From Planctomycetota bacterium (GTDB lineage Bacteria; Planctomycetota; UBA1135; UBA2386): a stretch of DNA of 64,000 bases. The position numbers were made by a program, and so were the translations under genes. Positions 52,178 through 62,231 of this stretch are shown piece after piece. The notes under the pieces were generated by a model that saw only the letters and a program-made list of their open reading frames with translations, had not been told where the DNA came from and made no database searches. The stretch covers positions 4,480,001 to 4,544,000 of the forward strand of contig OZ245006.1 in NCBI GenBank assembly GCA_965223545.1. Direction: 5' to 3'. Within the stretch, counting starts at the first letter, position 1. Every line of letters starts with the position of its first letter.

Positions 52178-53558
52178 AACAAAGGGTGATCCGAGCGCGC
52201 GGGAAGAACCGGATGTCCATCGGCCTCGAGTCGCCGATCCGCCGAATCCGCCCGACGATTTGAACGACCCAGGAGTCGATTCGAGTTCGGATAGAAGCGC
52301 GGGTCTCGAGACAGGCCAGTAGAAGGCCGCGGAGCCCGCTCTGGATTGCCCTCGGTGTCCCGATCCCGAACAAGCTCCGCATGATCGTCCCGAGGTTGCG
52401 TGCTGCGGCGTGAATCACGTACCGCTTTTTGATGTCGTCGATCCCTCGCAGCCACGTTCGTCGCGCTGCTCCTGACTCGCAGGTGTGAGCAAAGCTGCGT
52501 TCGACCCGCTCGCTCCGGTGTCGTTGGAGCGTCCTTGATCGTGGGCCTGCGACTCGTCGTCGGTTGGCTCGATACGCCTTCTGCCACGACGCGGGCTTGT
52601 CGATCCACTTGCGCTTCCGTTGTAGTCGCGGCTGCGGGATGTAGGTGCGTATGCCGCGCTCGCCCAGCCAGGCGAGTGTCTCGGTCTTGTGGTAGCCCTT
52701 GTCGGCGACGACCTCTTCGTACGAATTGTTGTGCTCGGCGCCAACGAGCATGGCCTCGGCTTCCACAATCGCGTCCTTCAGCGCCTCGCTGTCAGCGGTG
52801 TCGGCATGATGGATCGTCGCGGCGACGAGGATCTCGGACTCGGTGTCGAGCGCGTGCTGCGCTTTGTACGCGAGGTGCGTCCGTCCGTCCTTCATCTTCG
52901 TGATCCGGCTGTCGGGGTCGGTCGGCGACTCCCAATCTTTGTTCGAGACCTTCTTCCCGCGGCGTTTGCGATCGAATCGCCGTAGGTCCTCCTCCGTGGG
53001 GTCTTCGATGCCCTCTCCCTTTGCGAGCTCACGCACGTAGTCGCTCCAGCCCTTGCCGGTGTCCTTGCGGACGATCGACTTCATCGCGGCGTTGGCTTCC
53101 AGCGTGGTCGTGTCCACGGCCAGCGCCTTGCCCCTCACCATGCCCTTGGACTTCGCGATCTTGACGACCAAGGCGAACACCTCTTCGTGAACCTCCACCG
53201 GCAACCGCTTGCGGATCACGGTCAGACTGGAGTGATCAGGTGTGCGCTCAGTCGGTAGCAACCCAAGGAAGTCCTGCAGCGAGCGGCTGTCGCTGCAGCG
53301 CCAGGCAATCCCGCGCTGCGACCCAACTCCCTCGAAGTACCCGACCAGAAGCATCCGGAAGTAGACGCCTGGCGGAATCGACGGGCGGCCGCCTTCCTTG
53401 TAATACGGCTCGCACAGCGACTCGACGTGGTGGTCGAACTCCGCCCCGGCGAGAAGCTCGTTGAGCTTCGAGTAAAACGGATGGCCCGGGGACCGAGGAA
53501 GGCTCGTAGTCGGGACCAAGAGCTCTTGCTGCTTTGCGCGTCGCTTGCCGAGTGCCAT
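52092..53558 (-). CDS. IS1182-family transposase (C-terminus altered by the intron)
   Basis: GRPSIPP..YFRMLL; PDHSSL; AVDTT; TDPDSR; ADKGY; VERSFAH. The native end would be RITLCSTDC-TAG at the CTAG. Confidence 0.9.
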   Translation of the reverse strand: MALGKRRAKQQELLVPTTSLPRSPGHPFYSKLNELLAGAEFDHHVESLCEPYYKEGGRPSIPPGVYFRMLLVGYFEGVGSQRGIAWRCSDSRSLQDFLGLLPTERTPDHSSLTVIRKRLPVEVHEEVFALVVKIAKSKGMVRGKALAVDTTTLEANAAMKSIVRKDTGKGWSDYVRELAKGEGIEDPTEEDLRRFDRKRRGKKVSNKDWESPTDPDSRITKMKDGRTHLAYKAQHALDTESEILVAATIHHADTADSEALKDAIVEAEAMLVGAEHNNSYEEVVADKGYHKTETLAWLGERGIRTYIPQPRLQRKRKWIDKPASWQKAYRANRRRVAGPRSRTLQRHRSERVERSFAHTCESGAARRTWLRGIDDIKKRYVIHAAARNLGTIMRSLFGIGTPRAIQSGLRGLLLACLETRASIRTRIDSWVVQIVGRIRRIGDSRPMDIRFFPRARITLCCHGRDAGCPTPPVQIPACGTTALGSCLG

Positions 53559-53763
53559 GGGGATCCGTCTCCAGTGATCGAGACATGATCCCTACGTACG
53601 TCGAGCACATCACGACAGGTCGATCTCGATGTTCTTCAACGGCCTGCTAGACACCCAAGTCGCCCTGAACCAAGGGGCCTGACTTGACGCGCAGGGCTGT
53701 CCCGGCTCTGCTGCTGGCTCACCTGACCCTGTGGCTGATCAACCAGGGCAGTGCCCCCTATTC

Positions 53764-54177
53764 ATGGCAACCAAGAAAGGCAAGCAGGCCTACGACTTCG
53801 TCGTTGCGGCTCTGAAGAGAAACAACAAGGTAGAGTTCGCTACTGTTCGCGATGCGGCAGCGAGAAAGGGCATCACCCTCTACCCCATCGTCTACGGCCG
53901 AGCGAAGGCGGCGCTTGGGCTTGTGCCATCCAGGAAACGAGGCGAGGCCAAGGCGGCTCGTGAAAAGGCCGCAGCGAGCAGCCACCGGGGGCCGGGTCGT
54001 CCGAGGAAGACTCAGGCGAGACGTGGTCCGGGACGGCCGCCGAAGAGTCGTTCAACGGGCACGCCGCTCGATGCCGTCCGAGAACTCGCCCAAACCATGC
54101 AGGAGACGGGCCGAGAGAACACACAGCTTCGAGCTACCCTCGAGAAGATTCGGGACCTCATCGACCGAGCGCTCTGA
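53764..54177 (+). CDS. Small basic protein with two AT-hook-like motifs and a C-terminal coiled coil
   Basis: RGPGRPRK and RRGPGRPPK; Lys/Arg-rich; heptad tail ENTQLRATLEKIRDLI. Confidence 0.8.
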   Translation: MATKKGKQAYDFVVAALKRNNKVEFATVRDAAARKGITLYPIVYGRAKAALGLVPSRKRGEAKAAREKAAASSHRGPGRPRKTQARRGPGRPPKSRSTGTPLDAVRELAQTMQETGRENTQLRATLEKIRDLIDRAL

Positions 54178-54862
54178 GGGTCACGCTTATCTCTCGCAGA
54201 GCTGCATTAGACCTCCGGGCAGCACTGCTCCAACAAGGCGTTCACCGCAGGCTAGTCGTGAGCACATCGGTCACGATGCGACTTCGCCTCTCGCGCTCGG
54301 GTAGGAGGTCGAAGGCGGAACGTCGGCGGCAATGCGCCGAGCGCTCCGTCCGGTAGCAGCCAGGCGCGAAAGTCGCGAGGACGTTCACCGCACACAGCCA
54401 GCATTCCAAGTTGGCTAGCCCAGAGCTGACACTGAGTGCGCCCGTCAAACCGTTGGAGGTCCGCCGCCCCAGAGTCTCCGCAGCTTGTCCGGGTTTGTCT
54501 CGGCCGTTCCCTTGTCGGTGAAGTCGCTGACTTGTCCGGGTGACTCGAACGACCGCTGTGGCGCTCGGCTTACAGAGCGCCTGGCGGAACCGCCCGGTCG
54601 GGAAGCGCTGGGAGGAGAATCGCCTCGTGTGCAGCGGAAGATGTAGTCTGCTGCCTGGCGGAACAACGCCGCCGCTTTGAAGTAGGTCTCGCCTCGATCT
54701 CCGGCGTCCCTTGCTCTGTAGGCGCGGTTGCTGTTCTCACGGGCAACCGCCATCTGGTCAGGAGTCAACTTCTTCCATTCGAACTGCGCTTCCTTATACA
54801 AGCGCTCCGCATCGGTAAGCGTCCGGTGAAGGCATCTCGAAAGCCGCTGGCGGATCGGCAGG

Positions 54863-55207
54863 ATGCGGCGGATGACGAAGAGAATCCCCGTGTGGGCTCG
54901 GGCGGAGATGCGCGAGCTGCTTCAAGAGCTGGACAACTCAGGCGTGACGGTCGCCGAGTTCGCGCGCCGGCGTGGAGTCAACGCAAACCGCATCTACTGG
55001 GCAAGGCGGCAAGCCCGAGCTGCGGCGGCGCCCACGTCCGCGCCGGCGGTGTCGGACTTCGGGGAGCTGGTGGTCGCTGCGGCCCCATCGCCGCGACGAG
55101 CAGCGGCCATTGAGTTGCGGGTGCCGTCGGGCGCGGTTGTCGATGTGCAGCGCGACTTCGACGAGGCGACGCTCCGACGGCTGCTCGGAGTCTTGCTGCC
55201 ATGCTGA
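54863..55207 (+). CDS. tnpA: IS66 accessory protein TnpA (HTH)
   Basis: SGVTVAEFARRRGV...IYW; IELRVPSG...FDEATLRRLL. Confidence 0.85.
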   Translation: MRRMTKRIPVWARAEMRELLQELDNSGVTVAEFARRRGVNANRIYWARRQARAAAAPTSAPAVSDFGELVVAAAPSPRRAAAIELRVPSGAVVDVQRDFDEATLRRLLGVLLPC

Positions 55208-55581
55208 GCTTTCCGCCCTCGCCGCAAGTCAAGATCTTCGTTTGCCGGAAGCCGGTGGACATGAGGAAGAGCTTCAGTGGTCTGTCCGGTGCGGTCATCG
55301 ACGTGGTCGACCACGACCCGCAATCTGGTCACCTCTTCCTCTTCTTCAACAAGCGCCGGACCATGATGAAGGCACTGGTGTGGGAGCCGTCCGGTTACTG
55401 GGTGCTGGCGAAGCGACTGACGAGCGGCCGCTTTCAGGTCTTCGATCGCTCGGCTGAGAACAACAGCCGATTCGAGATTGCGAGTAGCGATCTCGCGCTC
55501 TTGTTGGACGGCATCGACCTCCGTGGCGCGCGACGCAGAGAAGTTCGCGATCAGGTGCTGCAACGACTGGCCGTGACTTGA
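55201..55581 (+). CDS. tnpB: IS66 accessory protein TnpB
   Basis: PVDMRKSFSGL; LFLFFNKRR; K.LVWE..GYW..KRL..GRF. Confidence 0.93.
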   Translation: MLSFPPSPQVKIFVCRKPVDMRKSFSGLSGAVIDVVDHDPQSGHLFLFFNKRRTMMKALVWEPSGYWVLAKRLTSGRFQVFDRSAENNSRFEIASSDLALLLDGIDLRGARRREVRDQVLQRLAVT

Positions 55582-55611
55582 TCCGTCTCCGGTTTGTGTT
55601 AATCAGAGGGA

Positions 55612-57165
55612 GTGACGCCGCTCACGGACCTCGACGAAGCCAACTCGACGATCGTCAAGCTGCGCGCCGAGATCGAGCGCCTTCGCGGGCAGCTCGAACT
55701 GATGAAGCAGCGCACGTTCGGACGGCGCCGCGAGCACATCAATCCGAACCAACTGCTGTTGTTCGAGGCCGGCGTCGCGCAGCTCGAAGAGCTGCAGAAG
55801 CAGGCGCAGGAAGCGGAGCAGTCGAGCGAACTCGCGAAGCCTGACCCGAAGAAGAAGCGGAAGCGCGGTCACGGTCGCGGTCAGTTCGCCGAGCACCTGG
55901 ATCGGCATGTCGTCGAGGTCGACGTGCCGGAAGCGGAGCGCTGCTGCCCCGAGTGCGGCGAGGCCATGCACTGCATCGGGACTGACGTCACCGAGCGTGG
56001 CCACATCATCCCAGCGCGGTTGGTCGTGAAGCGCTACGTGCGCAACAAGTACGCGTGCCCGCACGGGCACAGGATGAAGATGGCGTCGATGCCTGCCGGC
56101 GTCGTCGAGAAGGCGAAGTACGAGCCCTCCGTCTACGCGCATCTTGTCACAGCGAAGTACGGCGACCACCTGCCGCTGAACCGCCTGCAGGGGATCTTCC
56201 GCCGCTTCGGGGCGCACGTCCCGAAGCAGACCATGTGGGACATGCTGGCGCGCTTCGACGAGATCGCGGCGCGTCCGATCCTGGCCGAGATGCGGCGCCA
56301 GCTGCTTCAAGAAGATGTTCTTCAAGCCGACGAGACCCCGATCAGGGTGCGACTGGAAGGCCAGAAGGGCACCCGGCGCGGTGTGCTCTGGGCCTGGCGG
56401 AACGCTCGCGGCAGCCCCAACGAGATGGTCGTGGCCGACTTCAGGGACAATCGATCCGCGAAGGGGCCCAACGCTTTTCTCGGCGCGTGGTCCGGGACAT
56501 TGTTGACCGATGGCTACGACGGTGTGAACCCGAAAGCGCAGCAGAACGCGATCACGCGGGCTGGCTGCTGGGCGCACGCCCGTCGGAAGTTTCGGGATGC
56601 GCTCACTGCTGGTGCATCACGGGCTGGTTTGGCGCTGCGACCGATCCAGAGGCTTTTCTGGATCGAGCGCGCCGTACTGTCCCGAGCGAAGGATCGGAAC
56701 CTGACCCGTGAAGCCCTCATCGAACTGCGTGAGACCGTTCGTAGCCGCAGATCCAAAGCGGTGCTCCACAGCCTCTACGAGATCGTGTTCGGCCTCCAGG
56801 AGGATCCGGCGACCGCGGGCAACGAACTGCTTCGCAAGGCGGTGAGCTACGCCATCCGGCAGCGGGACCCGTTGCTCGCGCACCTCGACGACGGCCGGCT
56901 GCCGATCCACAACAACGACACCGAACGTGACCTGCGCCACGTCGTGACGGGCCGGAAGAACTGGATGACGCTCGCCAGCGAGAAGGGTGGCAACGTGGCA
57001 GCTCGCCTCTACTCGATCGTGCTCAGCTGCAAGCTGGCGAAGGTCAACGTCGAGCGCTACCTCGAGGACGTCTTGGTCGCTGTCGCCACCACGCCGTCGT
57101 CGCGCATCGCCGAACTCACGCCCTGGGGCTGGGCGAAGGCACGCGCTGCCGGCCAGTCCTGCTGA
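55612..57165 (+). CDS. tnpC: IS66 transposase TnpC
   Basis: FGRRRE; CCPECG zinc ribbon; KYGDHLPLNR; ADET; TDGY; GCWAHARRKF; NNDTER; ELTPW. Confidence 0.95.
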   Translation: MTPLTDLDEANSTIVKLRAEIERLRGQLELMKQRTFGRRREHINPNQLLLFEAGVAQLEELQKQAQEAEQSSELAKPDPKKKRKRGHGRGQFAEHLDRHVVEVDVPEAERCCPECGEAMHCIGTDVTERGHIIPARLVVKRYVRNKYACPHGHRMKMASMPAGVVEKAKYEPSVYAHLVTAKYGDHLPLNRLQGIFRRFGAHVPKQTMWDMLARFDEIAARPILAEMRRQLLQEDVLQADETPIRVRLEGQKGTRRGVLWAWRNARGSPNEMVVADFRDNRSAKGPNAFLGAWSGTLLTDGYDGVNPKAQQNAITRAGCWAHARRKFRDALTAGASRAGLALRPIQRLFWIERAVLSRAKDRNLTREALIELRETVRSRRSKAVLHSLYEIVFGLQEDPATAGNELLRKAVSYAIRQRDPLLAHLDDGRLPIHNNDTERDLRHVVTGRKNWMTLASEKGGNVAARLYSIVLSCKLAKVNVERYLEDVLVAVATTPSSRIAELTPWGWAKARAAGQSC

Positions 57166-57460
57166 GACGCGTCGGCGGTCGCTCTTCAACCGCTGGCCGC
57201 CATGGCGTCACCGGACGCTTACCCGCATCGAATAATTCTGCGGCACCAGGTGCCAACGAGTCGAAGTTTGGCATGCGACCATCGTAACAGAAGCGGCCGA
57301 GCGCTGGGCCTCGCCTAGCGCGCTCAGCGATGGGGGATGCTCTGGTGCTTTCGATCCCACACAACCTCCTTCTCGTTCTGGGTTTGCACGCGGTGACTTC
57401 GCTGCCGCAGCAGCGATACGCGAGAAGGGCTACGATGTGCGGGCAGGAAGTTCAAGAGCC

Positions 57461-57745
57461 ATGGCCGACTACCACAACACGCCGCAGCACGACTACGAAT
57501 CTGCGTGGAGAATCTGGTCGGAGATGACCGCAGAAGAGCAGGCGTCCGACGCCTGCATTAGCGATGCCGCGCTTGTCTGGTTCGAGGGAATGCCAGAAGG
57601 GAGGCGGATTCACCTTGTCACCAATGGTGTTCCAGACGGACCCCCAGATTTAGCATGGGAAGTGAATCTTCCAGAGAAGATTGTTGGATTCGTCACGCTC
57701 ATACTTGTTGAGCTGTCCGTCTTAGGTTGGCTGGTTTCGAGATGA
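57461..57745 (+). CDS. Hypothetical protein with C-terminal TM helix
   Basis: Acidic N-terminus and hydrophobic C-terminus; tandem with the next ORF; no recognisable family. Confidence 0.45.
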   Translation: MADYHNTPQHDYESAWRIWSEMTAEEQASDACISDAALVWFEGMPEGRRIHLVTNGVPDGPPDLAWEVNLPEKIVGFVTLILVELSVLGWLVSR

Positions 57746-57757
57746 GAGGCTGAGAGC

Positions 57758-58183
57758 ATGGGGTATCAAGCAAACGCCGGTCAATGGCAGCGTATACAGG
57801 AAGAAGAAAGGCGCCTCTGGGAGGAGGCTCGAAGACAAGAGGACCTCGACCGTGTTTTTGAAGAGGAGCAAAGGCAGCGCGCGCTTGAGCGTGAACGAAG
57901 CCTCCAGAACGAATACCGGGAACGGTCTCAACGAGCCTGTCAGCACTGGAATCAACTACCCGAGTCAACGAGACGGGATCTAGTTCGGGAGCACTTTGTT
58001 TTCGCAGTCCGAACCGAACACGCACGGCGCCATGTTGCGCGGGAAAACGAACGGGTCTTCTGGGCCAGTGCTTTGGAAGAGCTGACATCTGAGGAAAAAG
58101 TAGCCCGGCTCTGTCTTTATGTATTTATCACAACATCTGTGCTTACCCTTCTAGGTGTTATGACTCTTGCCTCACGCCTGTAG
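57758..58183 (+). CDS. Hypothetical coiled-coil protein with C-terminal TM helix
   Basis: E/R/Q-rich helix; C-terminal LCLYVFITTSVLTLLGVMTLA. Confidence 0.55.
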   Translation: MGYQANAGQWQRIQEEERRLWEEARRQEDLDRVFEEEQRQRALERERSLQNEYRERSQRACQHWNQLPESTRRDLVREHFVFAVRTEHARRHVARENERVFWASALEELTSEEKVARLCLYVFITTSVLTLLGVMTLASRL

Positions 58184-59784
58184 TAATGGCCGACCATGGC
58201 CCAAGTGCTGAGGGACACCATGCCATCGGAGGTAGTGGTTGTCATGAATCGAGATGTTCATTAGTCCCCAACGGTCACCGGCGCACATGGATGCGCCAAC
58301 TTGGCGTTCCATGAACTCCGCTTGAGGCCTTTCCTGGGTCGGAACGTGCGTTGGGGCGAGCGTGAGACATCGCAAGTCGTTTCGCCGCAGCGCCGACCTG
58401 CCCCGGTTGCAGAGTCTTGGATAGCAGCAGAGAATCGCAGTTACCTCGCCCCCTGACTCAGCAGAGCGGAGTGACAGCATGCGGTTTCCGAACCTTCTCG
58501 TTCTCCCTTTTCTCTTGCGCACTCACGATGCCCGTTGCATCGCCAGGACAAGAGTTGGCAAGCCTTGCCGCAGGAGCACCAAAATGTTTCACGACATAGC
58601 AACCCAATTCTTCTCGCACACCACACGTGCCTTGGCCACAGCCTTGTTGTGCCTCTCACAAGCACCGAGCCAATACCTTTTCCCCCAAGAGTTCACGTCT
58701 ACTCAGAATTACGTCGTCTTCACTTCCATCACAAATTTCGTGGGCCACGACCTTTGGTCTACCGACGGAACGCCCGGCAACGAGACCCTTCTATTTCCAA
58801 TGGTCCCATATGCCTCAACCCTGTATACGGGTCTTATACCTGGTGCAACAGTTGCGTATGCGTTCATGCCAAACCCAAGCGGTCCGCCCACACTGGTGCG
58901 GACCGACGGAACCGTAGCGGGCACGCAGAATCTTGGACGCCACGAGTATCCTCTCCCCGGATGGCCTGTCAGCGGCGCGTCCCGCGCAATTACGATGGGA
59001 GATCATCTGTATTTTGTTTCCGCAACGTCGACTTCAAGCATACCACAGACTGTCATGTTGGCCGACTCTTTTGGGGTTGCAGGAATCTCCCAGCATTCGC
59101 ATGCAACTATGTTGGGGAAAGCGGGTGAGAGCGCCATTTGGGTAGCGGATCATTACGGAATAGGAACACCCACGATCATGTCGAGTTCGGTAGGTGCGAT
59201 GGCTCCAATCGGGCCGGGTGGATCGGGCTTTTTCGACCTCGGAGTCGAAACACCAACGACGCTCTACTTTACCGAAGCCCATAGGGTTAGGGCTACTAAT
59301 GGTCAGGTCGTTACAACCATCTTCACGTCAACGGGGGCGCTGGGATTCCCGATACTCCTTGGGACGATAGGCGAGACCGTGTTGTTCCAGGCAGATGACG
59401 TGCAGGGGCGCGGGCTTTTCAGTTTCACCCCGGGCGCCGGGTCGCGGGCGGTTACACGTTACGGCTCCCCTAATACCATCGACCGATACTCATATCGCAC
59501 CGCAGCTCGACTCGGCCGCGGATTGGTGTTCTGGGCGACTTTGTCTTCTGCTGGGTTGGAGCCTTGGTTCACCGATGGCACACAAGTCCGAATGATTGCT
59601 GACGTGAACCCGGGTCCCATAGGTTCAGGGTTCTCCGGTGCAGCATTCCACAGCGTGGGGTCACGACGTGCCTACTTCCCTGCACAAGCCCAAACTGGAG
59701 CGCCGGCGGGTCTCTACTGGACTGAGGGCTCAAGAGCGACACGCGTTAGCCCGATGTATCATTTGTCAGTGGGTCGAGAGCTAG

Positions 59785-61773
59785 CCCAACTTCCGCAGTT
59801 CGACGGGTCGTCACGTTGAAAAGCAACGACTTACGTCGATTGGTTGGCACTACATCGCGGTCGAACGGAGTGGCGCGGGGACGGATAGCCTCCTGGGTAG
59901 CTGGATGCCGAGCCGGTCGAGCAGGTGCGCCTGCGCCTCGTTGGGGGTGACCACGCAGCGGACCCGGAGTTCGCGGCCGTCAGTAGTTGGCAGGAGCACG
60001 TCTGCGCTTTGGACCTGACGGAGCTCCTCGAGGATGGCGGCCGGGCTGTTGCCGAGTCCGGCCTTCTCCTGCCAGAGCTCGAGCGTTTTCCACAAGGCGT
60101 AGGCGAGGAAGCAGACGAGGATGTGCGCCCTGACCCGGTCCTCGCGTTGATGCCACACCGGGCGGATCGACAGCTCGGACTTCTGGATCCGAAACGCGGA
60201 CTCAGCATCAGTGAGCTGGATGTACGTCCGCCAAAGCTCCTCATCTGTCCAACCCGTCACGTTGGACCTGAGCAGGTAGCACCCGGCGCTCTGGTCCACC
60301 CAGTTCGTGTTCTCACAAGCCTCCACGGCAAGCCCCGATGGTCGATCCGGGGCTTCGATCAACGAAACCGAGAAGCACGTGGAGGCCCGCGAGTTCTGGG
60401 CCAAGATGCGTCCGATCTGTTGATTGACGCGGTCCCGTTCGATCGACTTCTTCGACGCCGCCAGTCGGCGTTCGAGCGACGCAAGCCTCGCGCGAATGCG
60501 TTCGGCTGCTCGCGCGACAATTGCGGCGTCCTTCTCGATGCGCGCCTGGGAGCGACACAGGATGAACGTCTCCTCCCCGTCCTCGCTCGGGCAGAGCTTG
60601 ACCTCGACATCCTCACGAATGCTGCGCCAGTCTCGACGGTCGACGATCTCCTGTTCGAAGCGGCGCAGGTCCGAACGCGATGCGCCGATGACGTACCGTC
60701 GCCTTCCCTCCTTCAACCATTTCAGGTTGCGCTTGCTCACCATTCCGCGGTCCATGACCCAGATGCGATCAGCAGCACCGAATCGCCGCTCCATCGTCTC
60801 GACGATCTCGCGGACCGTCGTGACGTCAGTCCGATTGCCGTCGAACACTTCGTGCGCAAGAGGGATTCCCTGTCTGGTCACGACCAGAGCGATGCAAACC
60901 TGTTTGCAGTCAGGCCGGTGATCTCGGCTGTAGCCACGCTGCGCCTGGGGGTTGCCCAGCATGAGGCCTTCGAAGTAGGTCGAGGTCACGTCGTAGAGCA
61001 GCAAGTCGTACTGAACGTCGAACAACTCGCCGAGCCGTGCGCGGAGATGCTGCTCCAGCGCCTCTTTGTGCGGCAGGATCTGGTCGAGAGCCCGGTAGAG
61101 CCGGTCGTCGTTGACCTTGCCTTCCGGCAGGCCAAGCAGGTCGTCAAGCGCGGTCTGGCGGTACAGGACTTCAGCCAGGTGCAGCTCGCTGGAGGGCATG
61201 CACAACCGACAGATGACCATCGCTGCCGCCATCGTCGACCACGGGACATCTTCACGGCCCCGCGGCATGAGCTCCCAGAGTGCGTCGTCGAACTTCAGTG
61301 CGTGCCACAGCGCCAGGCCGACGAAAACGTCGCCGAAGCGGCGTGTCCGGTCGAGGCTGACCTCCTTCAAGCGAATCGACTCGACCGGGTCGTCGTCTGT
61401 CACCGGTGGCTCAAACAGGCTCGGGTGCATTCGGCGACCGGTCATCCGATCTGCCAGCGCACGAGCCCGGCGTCGCCCCTTCGCATCCAGTTTGCCCAGC
61501 TGCGCGATCACCTCCTGCCGCACTCGACGACCGTGCCGCACCGACCGAACGAGGAGCCAGTACTCGTGGGTCTTGCCGTTCTTTCTGACCGTCTTGCGTC
61601 GCAGGTACACGTCCGCCGCCTCGCACACAGTTGTCGTGCTCCCTGCCACACCGATCAACGGGGCGGGTTGGCACTACACGGCCGATCTGCGCCGCCGCGA
61701 CGGTGGATAGCGGGCTGGCGCCGCGCCGAGGCTCCGAATTGGCCTCAAAAATCGTCGAGCTGCGGAAGTTGGG
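59785..61773 (-). mobile_element. Complete IS1634-family element
   Basis: IRs CCCAACTTCCGCAGTTCGACG and CGTCGAGCTGCGGAAGTTGGG (1 mismatch), flanked by CTAG at 59781-59784 and 61774-61777. Confidence 0.92.
59850..61610 (-). CDS. IS1634-family transposase
   Basis: YWLLVRSVR; LYRALD; LYDVTSTYFEG; RGYSRDHRPD; VMDRGM; ESAFR..K; RPVWHQ..RVRAHI. GTG start at 61610. Confidence 0.93.
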   Translation of the reverse strand: MYLRRKTVRKNGKTHEYWLLVRSVRHGRRVRQEVIAQLGKLDAKGRRRARALADRMTGRRMHPSLFEPPVTDDDPVESIRLKEVSLDRTRRFGDVFVGLALWHALKFDDALWELMPRGREDVPWSTMAAAMVICRLCMPSSELHLAEVLYRQTALDDLLGLPEGKVNDDRLYRALDQILPHKEALEQHLRARLGELFDVQYDLLLYDVTSTYFEGLMLGNPQAQRGYSRDHRPDCKQVCIALVVTRQGIPLAHEVFDGNRTDVTTVREIVETMERRFGAADRIWVMDRGMVSKRNLKWLKEGRRRYVIGASRSDLRRFEQEIVDRRDWRSIREDVEVKLCPSEDGEETFILCRSQARIEKDAAIVARAAERIRARLASLERRLAASKKSIERDRVNQQIGRILAQNSRASTCFSVSLIEAPDRPSGLAVEACENTNWVDQSAGCYLLRSNVTGWTDEELWRTYIQLTDAESAFRIQKSELSIRPVWHQREDRVRAHILVCFLAYALWKTLELWQEKAGLGNSPAAILEELRQVQSADVLLPTTDGRELRVRCVVTPNEAQAHLLDRLGIQLPRRLSVPAPLRSTAM

Positions 61774-62231
61774 CTAGGGGTCGCTCGAGGAAATGTCGTG
61801 TATTTCGGTGCTGCGGGGCTTGCAAGCGTTTTCAACGGAGCAACTGCGGTTGGCTTTGGGCTTGCGTGTGGTGGCTTGAGCCTTGAGGCCGGCGACCCGG
61901 TCCTTGGAGCATCGGCGCAGATATCGGGGCGCGGACCGGCCTCGGCTGCGGGCGCCTTGTTGCTTTCGACTCTACCTGTCACCAACTTCCCTCTGTTTGG
62001 GTGCGAGTTATATTTGAACCTAGCCTCGGTTGCTGTGGCGGGGACCATTGCGACGGATGTTCAGGGAGATTGGGCGACCAGCCTTGCGATTCCTGCGACG
62101 CCTGCACTTACTGGAGCGACCATCGCTACCCAGGCAGTTCTCGCAAGCTCCGTCTTGCATCTGTCCAACGCCGCCACCTTGACTCTGGGGATGTAGCATC
62201 TCCGCTCTTGGGCGCGACAGGAGTCGAAGGC

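Larger units (their letters stand above)
50253..53646 (-). mobile_element. IS1182-family element carrying a group II intron in one terminal IR
   Basis: Flanked by CTAG at 50249-50252 and 53647-53650. IR reconstructed without the intron is CAGTCCGTTG|AACAAA, versus the other end (reverse complement) CAGGCCGTTGAAGAAC (13/16). Confidence 0.88.
54815..57222 (+). mobile_element. Complete IS66-family element
   Basis: IRs GTAAGCGTCCGGTGA...TCACCGGACGCTTAC; 8-bp TSD CCGCATCG at 54807-54814 and 57223-57230; tnpA-tnpB-tnpC layout. Confidence 0.95.
54445..57274 (-). pseudogene. Hypothetical gene interrupted by IS66
   Basis: MPNFDSLAPGAAELFDA (ATG 57274) rejoins in frame to ERLYKEAQFEWKK... (stop 54445) when the IS and one TSD are removed. 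Confidence 0.65.
58584..62196 (+). pseudogene. Secreted ELWxxDGT-repeat propeller protein with shared C-terminal domain, interrupted by IS1634
   Basis: AGGAG RBS; DLWSTDGT, LVRTDGT and EPWFTDGT repeats. Removing the IS gives in-frame GREL|GVARGNVVYFGAAG...SNAATLTLGM. Confidence 0.85.

Noticed and set aside
53650..58500. Integron cassette array of small ORFs
   Set aside because: ORFs are in mixed orientation, and I could identify no convincing attC sites or integron integrase by eye.
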